This document shows, piece by piece, positions 24,093-33,522 of a DNA stretch of 55,853 nucleotides. Below the pieces are notes generated by a model, which was not told the origin of the DNA, ran no database searches, and saw only the letters and a list, made by a program, of their open reading frames with translations. Each line of letters starts with the position of its first letter. Positions within the stretch are counted from its first letter, which is position 1. A program made the position numbers and the translations under genes. This DNA comes from a bacterium (lineage in GTDB: Bacteria; Verrucomicrobiota; Kiritimatiellia; CAIKKV01; CAITUY01): contig JBAXMJ010000004.1 in the NCBI GenBank assembly GCA_037134355.1, positions 1 through 55,853 on the forward strand, in the 5' to 3' direction.

Positions 24093-24446
24093 ATGAAAAT
24101 AGTGGATAGAAAAGAAAGTCGCGTGCGCCGGCACGCCCGGGTCCGGAAGCAGATTTCCGGAACGGCGGATCGTGCCCGGTTGTGTGTCATGATATCGAAC
24201 AAGCATATCTACGCACAGCTTGTGGATGATGAAAAGGCGGTAACTTTGGCTTCGGTTTCCTCATCCGGCAAGTCTGGCGTGGGGAAGAAGAATGCCGAGG
24301 GTGCCAAGATGATCGGTCAGCGGTTGGCTGAAATTGCCAAGACCGCTGGCATCAAGGATATCGTGTTTGATCGCGGTGGGTACAAATACCATGGCCGCGT
24401 CAAGGCGATTGCCGATGCCGTGCGTGAAGCAGGATTTAAATTTTAG
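24093..24446 (+). CDS. rplR: 50S ribosomal protein L18
   Basis: [18 protein letters not shown]...[27 protein letters not shown]. Confidence 0.97.
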   Translation: MKIVDRKESRVRRHARVRKQISGTADRARLCVMISNKHIYAQLVDDEKAVTLASVSSSGKSGVGKKNAEGAKMIGQRLAEIAKTAGIKDIVFDRGGYKYHGRVKAIADAVREAGFKF

Positions 24447-24472
24447 CCCCGATAGCCAGGAAAGAGCAGAAC

Positions 24473-24970
24473 GTGAAAGAACGATCAACAGCGGATAGAA
24501 ATTCGACGTCCTCTTCTGAGGTCGAGGAGCGTGTGGTGTTTGTCAACCGCTGCGCGAAAGTGGTGAAGGGCGGGCGCCGTTTCAGTTTCAGTGCGATTGT
24601 CGTCGTTGGCAATCGTAATGGAATGGTGGGTTACGGGTTCGGCAAGGCCAATGAGGTGGCGGATGCCATTCGTAAGGGCGGAGAAATCGCGCGACGCAAC
24701 ATGTTCCAGGTAACCCTGAAGGATCGGACGATCCCCCATGAGGTGACCGGGCAGTGTGACGGCGGTTATGTGATGCTCAAGCCTGCATCGGCCGGTACCG
24801 GTGTGATTGCCGGCGGCGGCATGCGCGCAGTTTTAGAGCTTTCTGGCGTGCATGATGTGCTTGGGAAATCGCTGGGGAGCGGGAACAAGGTGAATGTGGT
24901 CAAGGCGACGATTGATGCGCTTGAAAATCTCCGATCTCGCGAGGAGATCATGGCTGCGCGCCAGGGATGA
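24473..24970 (+). CDS. rpsE: 30S ribosomal protein S5
   Basis: [42 protein letters not shown] start. Confidence 0.96.
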   Translation: MKERSTADRNSTSSSEVEERVVFVNRCAKVVKGGRRFSFSAIVVVGNRNGMVGYGFGKANEVADAIRKGGEIARRNMFQVTLKDRTIPHEVTGQCDGGYVMLKPASAGTGVIAGGGMRAVLELSGVHDVLGKSLGSGNKVNVVKATIDALENLRSREEIMAARQG

Positions 24971-25007
24971 TCGCGAATAATTTGACTCCAGAGGTGGGAT
25001 ACACACG

Positions 25008-25448
25008 ATGAATTTGCATTCTTTGAAAAATAAAATCGGGTCTCGGAAGACGCGTAAACGTTTGGGGCGGGGTACCGGTTCCGGACTCGGGAAAACCTCT
25101 GGACGCGGACACAAGGGTCAGTATGCCCGTTCCGGGCATAAGCATAAACCCGGGTTTGAGGGCGGCCAGATGCGGCTAATCCGGCGCATTCCGAAGCGGG
25201 GTTTTAAAAATATTTCACGTCGGGAGTTCCTGGCTGTGAACATCTCGTCCCTGAACGTATTTGAGGCAGGAACGGTTGTGACTCCCGAGTTGTTCCAGAG
25301 CGCGGGGTTGGCGAATGGGGTTTTTGACGGGATCAAAATTCTGGGTGTTGGAACCCTCAGCAAAAAACTGACGGTCAAGGCTCATGCATTCAGCGCCAGC
25401 GCAAAGGAAAAGATCGAGGCGGCTGGCGGGATCTGCGAAGTTATTTAA
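25008..25448 (+). CDS. rplO: 50S ribosomal protein L15
   Basis: [26 protein letters not shown] is the L15 signature. It follows rpsE directly after a 37-nt gap, so no L30 gene is present. Confidence 0.96.
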   Translation: MNLHSLKNKIGSRKTRKRLGRGTGSGLGKTSGRGHKGQYARSGHKHKPGFEGGQMRLIRRIPKRGFKNISRREFLAVNISSLNVFEAGTVVTPELFQSAGLANGVFDGIKILGVGTLSKKLTVKAHAFSASAKEKIEAAGGICEVI

Positions 25449-25476
25449 GTTGGCAAGAGGAAGATGATACTGCGAA

Positions 25477-26829
25477 ATGCTATCCGCGTTTACAAACTGC
25501 TTTAGAATCCCCGAGCTTCGTGCACGAATTTTGTTCACGCTTGGGTTGATATTTGTCTGCCGGATTGTAGCCAATGTGCCCATTGCCGGAGTGGATCCGC
25601 TGGCGCTTCAGCGTTTGATTTCGGATGTGGAAAAAAGCTCGGGCGGCGGCATGCTTGGACTGCTGGACATGTTCAGCGGCGGGGCCTTGAGTCATTGTGC
25701 TGTGGGCGCGCTGGGAATTATGCCGTACATCAGCTCCTCCATTATTCTGCAGCTTATGACCGCAGTTGTTCCGACTCTGGGACGATTGGCGCGCGAGGGC
25801 GATGCGGGACGCCAGAAAATTACGCAATATTCCCGCATTCTGACCGTTTTTCTATGTGTCATTCAGGGATGGTTCCTGGCTATTACGCTGGAAAATCCGG
25901 GAAGCATGGGCCTTAATCACCAGATCGTTCTGAATCCGGGGCTTGGTTTCAAATTTATGACAGTGGTTTCCGTGACAGCCGGCTCCATGTTTATTATGTG
26001 GCTTGGGGAGCAAATCACCCAACGCGGCATCGGGAATGGTATTTCGCTTATCATAACCGAGGGCATTGTAAGCCGATTGCCATCGGCGGTGGCTTATGCG
26101 ATTCAGATGTTCACGGCGGTTGAGGGTGTTCGACAGTTCAATCCCGTCTTCAGTCTGATTCTGCTGGTGGCGCTTTTCGGAGTTGTGGCGGGAACGATTC
26201 TGTTGACCCAGGGGCAGCGAAAGATTCCGGTTCAGTACGCCAAACGTGTCGTAGGGCGAAAGGTTTATGGCGGGCAGAGCACCTATATGCCGCTTCGAGT
26301 CAATTATTCGGGTGTCATGCCGATTATTTTCGCCCAGTCACTCCTGATGTTTCCCGCGATTGTTCTTCGAAGACTTCCAGAGTCCTGGGTTTGGGCTCAT
26401 GCACTGGCAAATCAATTGGGGCCAGATGCAATTTTTCACATGATCTTGTACGGGATAATGATTTTATTCTTCTCATATTTCTGGGTCGCGACGCAGTTTA
26501 ACCCGGTTCAGATCGCCGACGATTTAAAGAAGTACGGTGGATATGTGCCCGGAGTTCGGCCTGGGCGGCCCACGGCGGAATTCCTGGATTCGACGATGAC
26601 GAAGATTACGTTAGCGGGAGCGTTATTTCTCACGGTCATTGCCGTGATTCCCACAATTATGAACCGTCAGTTTGACGTGCCCTCGCTGGTCGCGTCCTTT
26701 TTCGGAGGAACCAGTTTGCTGATTACAGTCGGGGTCATGCTGGACACGATGCGACAGGTGGAGTCCCACCTGCTGATGCGGCATTATGACGGCTTCCTCC
26801 GCAAGGGAAAACTTCGCGGTCGGCGATAA
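25477..26829 (+). CDS. secY: Preprotein translocase subunit SecY
   Basis: 450 aa, polytopic. GALGIMPYISSSIILQLM, LGEQITQRGIGNGISLII. spc-operon position. Confidence 0.96.
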   Translation: MLSAFTNCFRIPELRARILFTLGLIFVCRIVANVPIAGVDPLALQRLISDVEKSSGGGMLGLLDMFSGGALSHCAVGALGIMPYISSSIILQLMTAVVPTLGRLAREGDAGRQKITQYSRILTVFLCVIQGWFLAITLENPGSMGLNHQIVLNPGLGFKFMTVVSVTAGSMFIMWLGEQITQRGIGNGISLIITEGIVSRLPSAVAYAIQMFTAVEGVRQFNPVFSLILLVALFGVVAGTILLTQGQRKIPVQYAKRVVGRKVYGGQSTYMPLRVNYSGVMPIIFAQSLLMFPAIVLRRLPESWVWAHALANQLGPDAIFHMILYGIMILFFSYFWVATQFNPVQIADDLKKYGGYVPGVRPGRPTAEFLDSTMTKITLAGALFLTVIAVIPTIMNRQFDVPSLVASFFGGTSLLITVGVMLDTMRQVESHLLMRHYDGFLRKGKLRGRR

Positions 26830-26855
26830 TCATCATTCTGAGGCTGTGTAGAAAC

Positions 26856-27515
26856 GTGAAAACAATTATTTTATTGGGTGGGCCTGGTGCGGGAAAGGGA
26901 ACGATTGCGGAGGGAATCCGCACCGTGAGTCCGTTCCTTCATGTCTCGACGGGTGATATGCTGCGTGAGGCGGTTAAAAAGGCCACTGTAGTTGGTCGTC
27001 AGGCCGAGGGGTACATGAAGCGCGGCGAGCTCGTTCCGGACGACGTCATTGTCGGGATAGTTGAAGAGCGACTGGCGCAGGGGAGCCCGGATGCGGCCTA
27101 TATGTTTGACGGATTTCCGCGAACACTTGAGCAGGCGCGTTTATTGGACAAGACCCTGGAGAAGCACGCCTCCCGTGTGAATTTTGTGTTTTTGCTTGAA
27201 GCCGGACGTGACTTGCTCATTTCCCGGCTGACTGGACGGCGTGTCTGCCGTTCATGCGGGCAGGGTTACCATGTCATCAATATTCCGCCGAAGCGTGAGG
27301 GAATCTGCGATGTGTGTGGTGGCGAGCTTTATCAGCGCGCGGATGACAGCGAGGCAACGATTTTGAACCGGCTGGATGTGTATGCGAAGCAGACGGAAAG
27401 CCTGATCTCGTATTATGAGGCAAAAGGTGTTCTGGTTCGTGTGGATTCCTCCCGGGCTCGGCAGGAAACCGTAACGGATGTCCTGCGCGTGGCGGGGTCG
27501 CTGGTTCGGTCATGA
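26856..27515 (+). CDS. adk: Adenylate kinase (Cys4 zinc lid)
   Basis: P-loop LLGGPGAGKGT. Lid CRSCGQGYH...CDVCGGEL. GTG start. Confidence 0.95.
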   Translation: MKTIILLGGPGAGKGTIAEGIRTVSPFLHVSTGDMLREAVKKATVVGRQAEGYMKRGELVPDDVIVGIVEERLAQGSPDAAYMFDGFPRTLEQARLLDKTLEKHASRVNFVFLLEAGRDLLISRLTGRRVCRSCGQGYHVINIPPKREGICDVCGGELYQRADDSEATILNRLDVYAKQTESLISYYEAKGVLVRVDSSRARQETVTDVLRVAGSLVRS

Positions 27516-28258
27516 TCATTCTTAAGAATCGGGACGAGATTCGTAAGATGAGGGAAAGTGGGCGGATCGCGGCGACGGTCCGTGATGAAATCGCGAGCCG
27601 GATATCGCCTGGGATTACGACTCTGGAGTTGGATGAAGGAGCGAGGAAGCTGATTGCTTCCTTGGGTGCAAAAAGCGCTTTTTTGGGATACCGCGGGTAT
27701 CCGGGTGCGGTGTGTATTTCGATCGACTCCGAGGTGGTTCACGGGATTCCTGGTGGACGGAGGATTGAGATTGGCCAGATCGTGAGCTTGGATGTCGGCG
27801 TGGTTTATGACGGGTTTGTTGGTGATACGGCGACAACGGTGATGGTGGGCGTAACGGATCCGGAAGTGATTCGATTAGTTCGAGCCACCGAACTTGCGCT
27901 GATGGCCGGGGTTGAGATGGCTCGCGCCGGAAAACGATTGGGAGATCTTTCGAATGCCATTGAAATGGTGGCGGCGAATGCAGGATTTTCAGTGGTTCGG
28001 GATTTTGTAGGGCACGGGGTTGGTCGGCAGATGCATGAGGATCCGCAGATTCCGAATTTCGGAAATCCTGGAAAGGGTCCGAAATTGAAGGTGGGGATGA
28101 CACTGGCGATTGAGCCCATGGTGAATATGGGCGAGAGTGCGGTGGAAGTTCTTTCAGACGGATGGACGGTTCGAACGGTTGACAGGAAGCCCTCGGCTCA
28201 TTTTGAGCACACGGTGGCGATAGGGGACGAAGGGCCCGAGATTTTGACGGTGGTTTAA
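27512..28258 (+). CDS. map: Methionine aminopeptidase type I
   Basis: 248 aa. VCISIDSEVVHGIP, DVGVVYDGFVGDTATT, GHGVGRQMHEDPQIPN, LAIEPM. ATGA overlap with adk. Confidence 0.95.
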   Translation: MIILKNRDEIRKMRESGRIAATVRDEIASRISPGITTLELDEGARKLIASLGAKSAFLGYRGYPGAVCISIDSEVVHGIPGGRRIEIGQIVSLDVGVVYDGFVGDTATTVMVGVTDPEVIRLVRATELALMAGVEMARAGKRLGDLSNAIEMVAANAGFSVVRDFVGHGVGRQMHEDPQIPNFGNPGKGPKLKVGMTLAIEPMVNMGESAVEVLSDGWTVRTVDRKPSAHFEHTVAIGDEGPEILTVV

Positions 28259-28346
28259 GAAGACTGCCGGACGGTTGAATTTTGGTGTGGACATCGGGTG
28301 CGGCCATTGATATTTTGGTCGACTCTTTTTGGAATGGAGACATCGG

Positions 28347-28460
28347 ATGAAGGTCAGAAGTTCAGTAAAACGAATCTGTGAGCGCTGCAAGGTTGTGCGC
28401 CGCCGGGGTGTGGTGCGGGTAATCTGCACCAATTCACGACATAAGCAGAGGCAAGGTTAA
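28347..28460 (+). CDS. rpmJ: 50S ribosomal protein L36
   Basis: Absent from the supplied ORF track because it is under 60 aa. My translation of 28347-28460 gives [37 protein letters not shown], a canonical L36, at the expected place before rpsM. Confidence 0.93.
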   Translation: MKVRSSVKRICERCKVVRRRGVVRVICTNSRHKQRQG

Positions 28461-28472
28461 GGAGAATTGGGC

Positions 28473-28868
28473 ATGCCCAGAATACTAGGTGTAGATATTC
28501 CCGGTAAGAAACGCATTGAATATTCCTTGCGTTATCTTTATGGAATTGGTCCGACAACGGCTCGTGAAGTGATTGATCAGGCCAAAATTGATCCAGCCAC
28601 AAAGGCTGATGATCTGACGGATGAAGAATTGGCCCGCATTATAAATGTAATCCAGAACAACTACCGGATTGAGGGTGATCTTCGGCGTGAAGTGGCGCAG
28701 AATATCCGGCGGTTGATCAGCATAGGCAGTTACCGGGGTATCCGCCATAAACGCGGGTTGCCGGTGCGGGGCCAGCGTACGAGTACCAATGCGCGTACCC
28801 GCAAGGGACCACGGCGAACGGTGGGTGCAGTTCGCGGAAAAGAAGCGCGGGCGGCTGCAAAGACTTAA
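28473..28868 (+). CDS. rpsM: 30S ribosomal protein S13
   Basis: [23 protein letters not shown]...[14 protein letters not shown] 28473 preferred, 8 nt after GGAG; the ORF track starts at TTG 28467. Confidence 0.96.
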   Translation: MPRILGVDIPGKKRIEYSLRYLYGIGPTTAREVIDQAKIDPATKADDLTDEELARIINVIQNNYRIEGDLRREVAQNIRRLISIGSYRGIRHKRGLPVRGQRTSTNARTRKGPRRTVGAVRGKEARAAAKT

Positions 28869-28901
28869 GGAACATCAGTACTAGAAAAGGTCGGGTTCGC
28901 A

Positions 28902-29390
28902 ATGGCAGATGTTAAAGAAAAGGGTGAAGAGCAGGCCGGTCTCAAGCCGGAGGGTGCGGGGTCTTCGGCTCCTGAGGCCGCAGGCGGTGGCGCCGAGGGT
29001 GCGGCTCGTCCGACCCGGCAGCCTCGTGTTCGAGCAGGGCGCGTGGTGCCGTTTGGAATCGTCCATATCCGGGCGACATTCAATAACACCATTATTTCAA
29101 TTTCAGACAGCAAGGGCGGCGTAGTTGCTTGGAGCACTTCCGGCCGGGCGGGATTTAAAGGGTCGAGGAAGAGCACGGCTTTTGCCGCCAGCGTGGTGGC
29201 TCAGGAAGCGGCCCGTCAGGCGGTATCGCGTGGCATGCAGGAAGTTGAAGTGCGAGTTCAGGGGCCTGGAGCGGGTCGTGAATCCGCCATTCGCGCCATT
29301 CAGTCTGCGGGACTGAATATCACCACGATCAAGGATGTTACGCCGATGCCGCACAACGGGTGCCGGCCTCGCAAGCGCCGTCGCGTGTAA
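28902..29390 (+). CDS. rpsK: 30S ribosomal protein S11 (with Ala/Gly/Glu-rich N-terminal extension)
   Basis: Core [22 protein letters not shown]...[11 protein letters not shown]...[16 protein letters not shown], preceded by about 30 extra low-complexity residues. Confidence 0.95.
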   Translation: MADVKEKGEEQAGLKPEGAGSSAPEAAGGGAEGAARPTRQPRVRAGRVVPFGIVHIRATFNNTIISISDSKGGVVAWSTSGRAGFKGSRKSTAFAASVVAQEAARQAVSRGMQEVEVRVQGPGAGRESAIRAIQSAGLNITTIKDVTPMPHNGCRPRKRRRV

Positions 29391-29419
29391 AAAGATTTTG
29401 AGAGAACAGGAGAACTCGA

Positions 29420-30043
29420 ATGGGTAGATATACAGGGCCAGCATGCAAGCTTTGCCGACGGGAAGGCTTGAAGCTATTTCTTAAGGGTGACCGTTGCCGG
29501 ATGTCAAAGTGTGCCGTGGAAGCGGGACGCCCGGCCCCCGGCGTGCATGGCGCGCGTCCTTCCAAGAAGTCCGATTATGGCGTGCAGTTGCGTGAAAAGC
29601 AGCGCTTGCGCCGGTTTTACGGTCTTCAGGAAGGTCAGTTCAAGCTCTTTTTCCAGCGTGCCTTGCGCAAGCGCGGCGTGACGGGTGAGATGCTTCTTCA
29701 GCTTCTTGAAATGCGGCTGGACAATCTTGTTTTCAGGTTGGGTTTTGCTGCATCCCGGCGCAACGCGCGTCAATTGGTGTTGCATGGACATGTTACCGTG
29801 AACGGGCGGCGCTCCGATGTGCCCTCTATGACCCTGAAGGCGGGAGATCGCATTGAAGTCAAGGGTCGGAAACAAAGCCAGGATGCCGTGAAGCGGGTTC
29901 TGGATGCCCGGACCGGCGAGCTGTCATCGTGGTTGTCGTTGGATAAGGAAGCTCTCAAGGGTGAGGTGTTGCGTGTCCCGACGCGGGATGAAATCGCGCC
30001 CTTCGTCAATGAGCAGTTGATCGTTGAATTGTACTCTAAATAA
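29420..30043 (+). CDS. rpsD: 30S ribosomal protein S4
   Basis: MGRYTGPACKLCRREGLKLFLKGDRC...S4 domain (RLDNLVFRLGFAASRRNARQLVLHGHVTVNG). Confidence 0.96.
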   Translation: MGRYTGPACKLCRREGLKLFLKGDRCRMSKCAVEAGRPAPGVHGARPSKKSDYGVQLREKQRLRRFYGLQEGQFKLFFQRALRKRGVTGEMLLQLLEMRLDNLVFRLGFAASRRNARQLVLHGHVTVNGRRSDVPSMTLKAGDRIEVKGRKQSQDAVKRVLDARTGELSSWLSLDKEALKGEVLRVPTRDEIAPFVNEQLIVELYSK

Positions 30044-30094
30044 ATATATTCGCACCGGGGGATAGCGAGGCTGTTCCCGGGGAAGGATTGAACC

Positions 30095-31117
30095 ATGCCA
30101 ATCAGACTGAGCAAGTTCGAAATGCCCAAGCGCCTAGTGAAGGATGAAGCTTCGGCAACGCCGACATTCACCCGCTTTGTTGCCGAGCCCCTTGAAGTGG
30201 GTTATGGGCGGACCATTGGGAATTCGTTGCGGAGAGTGTTGTTGTCGTCCCTGGAAGGCGCGGCAATTTCCTCCGTTCGCATCGAAGGTGCCCCTCATGA
30301 GTTTTGCGCCCTTTCCGGCGTAGTGGAGGATGTCACTGATATTATCCTTAATCTTAAGAAGGTGCTTCTGAAGTCACAGAACCGTGACTCTAAGTTGCTC
30401 CATCTCAAGGTTAAAGGTGCGCGCGAGGTGAAGGCTAGCGATATCCAGACGGATGGAACCATTGAAGTCTTGAATCCCAATCAGCATATTGCCACTCTGT
30501 CCAGTGACGGCGTGTTGGATATGACTTTGGAGATCCGGGTCGGTCGTGGATTCTGTCCGGCAGATCTGAACAAGAAAGAGAATCAGGATATTGGACGGAT
30601 TCCGATCGACTCCATCTTCTCTCCGGTCAAGCGGGTTAACTTTTTCATTGAAAACACCCGTGTCGGGCAGCGTACGGATTACGACAAACTTATTCTGGAA
30701 GTGACCACGGACGGGCGGATAACTCCTGATGATGCCGTGACGGTGGCTTCCGCGGTGCTTCGGCATCACCTTGATGTATTCGTGAACTACGACAAAAATG
30801 TGGTCGAGTTCGAGGATGTTGAGGCCAAGGTGGATATTGCCCGCGAGCAGCTTCTGAAGACGTTGAACATGAGCGTCAACGAAATTGAACTCAGCGTAAG
30901 AGCGGCAAACTGCCTGAACAACGCCAATATCACCACGGTGGGGCAGCTTGCCCAGAAATCCGAGGCGGAGATGCTCAAGTATCGTAATTTCGGCAAGAAA
31001 TCGCTGAATGAGATCAAGGCCAAGTTGCAGGATCTCGGGTTGGGCCTGGGAGTCAAGTTTGATGAAGACGTGATTAAGATTCTGAAGGGGCAGGAAGCCG
31101 CCAAGGAAAAGGCTTAA
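30095..31117 (+). CDS. rpoA: DNA-directed RNA polymerase subunit alpha
   Basis: 340 aa. GYGRTIGNSLRRVLLSSLEGAA. C-terminal domain ELSVRAANCLNNANITTVGQL..KSEAEMLKYRNFGKKSLNEIK. Confidence 0.96.
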   Translation: MPIRLSKFEMPKRLVKDEASATPTFTRFVAEPLEVGYGRTIGNSLRRVLLSSLEGAAISSVRIEGAPHEFCALSGVVEDVTDIILNLKKVLLKSQNRDSKLLHLKVKGAREVKASDIQTDGTIEVLNPNQHIATLSSDGVLDMTLEIRVGRGFCPADLNKKENQDIGRIPIDSIFSPVKRVNFFIENTRVGQRTDYDKLILEVTTDGRITPDDAVTVASAVLRHHLDVFVNYDKNVVEFEDVEAKVDIAREQLLKTLNMSVNEIELSVRAANCLNNANITTVGQLAQKSEAEMLKYRNFGKKSLNEIKAKLQDLGLGLGVKFDEDVIKILKGQEAAKEKA

Positions 31118-31195
31118 GTCACCAACACTATCGAAAGACTGAAAAGTCCGGGTCGAGTGATCTTAACTGCGGCTGGATGACGTCGGGAGTCAGTA

Positions 31196-31648
31196 ATGCG
31201 ACACAAAAAAAATATGGTAAAACTGGGCCGGCCTGCTGAAGCGCGTAAAGCGTTGCTTAGCTCGCTGGTGGCAAATTTCATTGAAGAGCAACGAATTAAG
31301 ACGACGCTTCCGAAGGCCCGGCAGGCCCGGATGCTGGCGGAGAAAATGGTTACCGTTGCAAAGAAGGCTCTTGTTTCAGGAACGCCTGAAGCGCTTATAA
31401 AAGGTAAGCGACAGGCTCTGGCGGTCCTGCGGCATCGAAAGCATATGGACAAGCTGTTTACGGCTATTGCGCCCCAGTATATGGATCGACTGGGTGGGTA
31501 TACGCGCATTGTCAAGCTGGGCCGACGGGGGAGCGATAGCTCAGAGATGGTTCTTCTGGAGTGGGTCAATCTGGCGCCCGTTGATAAGCGTCGCAAGCCC
31601 AAAACAGATGATGTGGAAAAGCCCGCTGAACCCGTCAAGGAGACTTGA
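31196..31648 (+). CDS. rplQ: 50S ribosomal protein L17
   Basis: MRHKKNMVKLGRPAEARKALLSSLVANFIEEQRIKTTLPKA...GGYTRIVKLGRRGSD. Confidence 0.96.
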   Translation: MRHKKNMVKLGRPAEARKALLSSLVANFIEEQRIKTTLPKARQARMLAEKMVTVAKKALVSGTPEALIKGKRQALAVLRHRKHMDKLFTAIAPQYMDRLGGYTRIVKLGRRGSDSSEMVLLEWVNLAPVDKRRKPKTDDVEKPAEPVKET

Positions 31649-31692
31649 TCAGCGGAATTTAAAGCTGATAAGTTTTTGAGGATGTGGTCATT

Positions 31693-31723
31693 GACGCCGA
31701 TAGAAATATCGGCGTCTTTTTTT
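31693..31723 (+). terminator. Rho-independent terminator closing the ribosomal supercluster
   Basis: Perfect 10-bp stem GACGCCGATA / TATCGGCGTC with GAAA tetraloop, followed by T7 (31717-31723), 45 nt after the rplQ stop. Confidence 0.85.
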
Positions 31724-31809
31724 CGGCATCCATAACGGGCTGAGGACTCGGATTCAAGAGGTGAGATCGCCTTGACCCTTCCGGGTGAAAAGCGTACAGA
31801 ATAAGCCGG

Positions 31810-32355
31810 ATGGGGGGTATTTCAATGGTTATGTTTCAGCATGGCACGGAGAATGTCGTTAGTCCGATAGAAATTCCGAGATGGCACGTTGTGCATGCCA
31901 AGCCGCGGTGTGAGAAAAAACTTTCGGAATTCTGCGCGGCGCATTCAGTTGGAGTCGATCTTCCGCTCCGGGAAGAAACAAAAATCTATCAACGCCGGAA
32001 GGTGACGGTACATAAGCCAGTCTTTCCCGGATATGTGTTCGTGAATTATTCCTCCGTGGAAAAGGCCACAGTCCTGAAGAGCAACATGGTTGTCAGGATT
32101 CTGCCGGTGGAGAATCAGGATCAACTCATCCGGGAGTTGGCCCAGGTTCGTCTGGCTTTGAGTGTTGATCCAACGCTGGATGCCTGCGCGGCTTTTCAGT
32201 CAGGGAAGCGTGTTTCCATCAAGAAAGGTCCCTTTCAGGGGCTTGAAGGCGTGGTGCAAACGATTAAGGGTAAAGCCAAAGTGGTGCTTAATGTGGAGAT
32301 GATCGGTCGAGCGCTGGCTGTTGAAGTGGGTGTCGAATGTCTAGAGCCTGCCTGA
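31810..32355 (+). CDS. NusG-family paralogue (RfaH/UpxY-like specialised antiterminator candidate)
   Basis: NGN-like WHVVHAKPRCEKKLSEF...VFPGYVFVNYS and KOW-like GKRVSIKKGPFQGLEGVVQTIKGKAKVVLNVEMIGRALAVEV. A canonical nusG already sits at 2210. The start may be 31825 or 31831. Confidence 0.75.
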   Translation: MGGISMVMFQHGTENVVSPIEIPRWHVVHAKPRCEKKLSEFCAAHSVGVDLPLREETKIYQRRKVTVHKPVFPGYVFVNYSSVEKATVLKSNMVVRILPVENQDQLIRELAQVRLALSVDPTLDACAAFQSGKRVSIKKGPFQGLEGVVQTIKGKAKVVLNVEMIGRALAVEVGVECLEPA

Positions 32356-32363
32356 CGGGGCGA

Positions 32364-33326
32364 TTATGAATCCTCCAGCAGGGCTTCGATGTGGGCTGCT
32401 ACGCTTACCGTGAGTGCGTGGAGATCGTAGCCTCCTTCCAGGACAGAAATGAGCCGCTTCTGGCAGTGTTCTGCTGCCATTTCCATTACGAAGCGGGTCA
32501 AATCCTTAAATCCTCCTTCGGTGAGGGCCATGCCGGCAAGCGGATCGGCGTGGTGTGCATCAAACCCCGCTGAGATCAGGATAAATTCCGGATTGAATCG
32601 AGCCAGCTCAGGCCTGAGATAATCCCGGAACACTCTGAGGTAGTCGGTGTCGGTGGAGCCTGCTGCAATGGGGACGTTCAGGGTGAATCCTTTTCCCTTT
32701 CCGACGCCAGTTTCATTAGCCCTGCCGCTTTGAGGGTAAAGAGGGTACTGGTGGATACTGAAATAAAGAACAGTCGGGTCATCATAGAAAGCTTGTTGCG
32801 TGCCGTTCCCGTGGTGAACATCCCAGTCGATAATGGCCACGCGGCGTATGCCGTGATGTCGTTGGAGGTATTTGGCTCCTATGGCCACATTGTTGAAAAA
32901 GCAGAATCCCATGGCCCGGTTCCGTTCCGCATGGTGGCCAGGAGGGCGTACAGCACAGAATGCGTTGGACGACCGACCGGTCATTACGGTATCCGCTGCG
33001 CTTAGAACCGCCCCGGCGGCCATCCGGGCGGCATCATAGGTGCCCGGGGATCCAAGAGTAACCTCATCGGGTTCAAAGAGCCTGCCCGCTTCACATGCCT
33101 GCCGGATGTGATCAACATAAATCGGATCATGAATGGTGGTAAGGTCTGCGATCGTAGCCGCCCGGATGGCAGGATGCTGAAGCAGATTCCAGAGCCCGGC
33201 TTGTTTCAGTCCGTTCACGATGACAGTGAGGCGTTTGCGTTTTTCGGGATGTGCCAAACCTGTCTGGTGTTTGTGAAAAACGGGGTCATAGAGAAACGCC
33301 GTCCCGTTGTTATGTGAATGCGACAT
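32364..33326 (-). CDS. Histone deacetylase-family (AcuC/acetylpolyamine-type) deacetylase
   Basis: RPPGHHAE, IIDWDVHHGNGTQ and EGGY motifs. Start placed at Met35 of the ORF (MSHSHNNGTAFLYDPVFHKH). Confidence 0.85.
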   Translation of the reverse strand: MSHSHNNGTAFLYDPVFHKHQTGLAHPEKRKRLTVIVNGLKQAGLWNLLQHPAIRAATIADLTTIHDPIYVDHIRQACEAGRLFEPDEVTLGSPGTYDAARMAAGAVLSAADTVMTGRSSNAFCAVRPPGHHAERNRAMGFCFFNNVAIGAKYLQRHHGIRRVAIIDWDVHHGNGTQQAFYDDPTVLYFSIHQYPLYPQSGRANETGVGKGKGFTLNVPIAAGSTDTDYLRVFRDYLRPELARFNPEFILISAGFDAHHADPLAGMALTEGGFKDLTRFVMEMAAEHCQKRLISVLEGGYDLHALTVSVAAHIEALLEDS

Positions 33327-33522
33327 GCGGGAATGGTATAAGAGTGAAAGAGGATGGAAAAGCCTGAACTCAGTGATTCGCTTGTTTCTGGCTTTGGTGG
33401 TAGTCACGTGGGGAGACTTCGCTCTCATCTTTGTCGACTATGTTGCGATTCTTTCAGATTGAAGAAAGCTATGCGAAAGCCTATTTTTAGTACCTCAATC
33501 ACTTAAGTCAGGAGGGCTCTGG

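Noticed and set aside
33327-33522. Divergent intergenic region between the HDAC gene and pfp, containing an imperfect palindrome TTCTTTCAGATTGAAGAAA.
   Set aside because: The repeat is imperfect and short, and I could not pair it with clear -35/-10 boxes. It is too weak to call as an operator.
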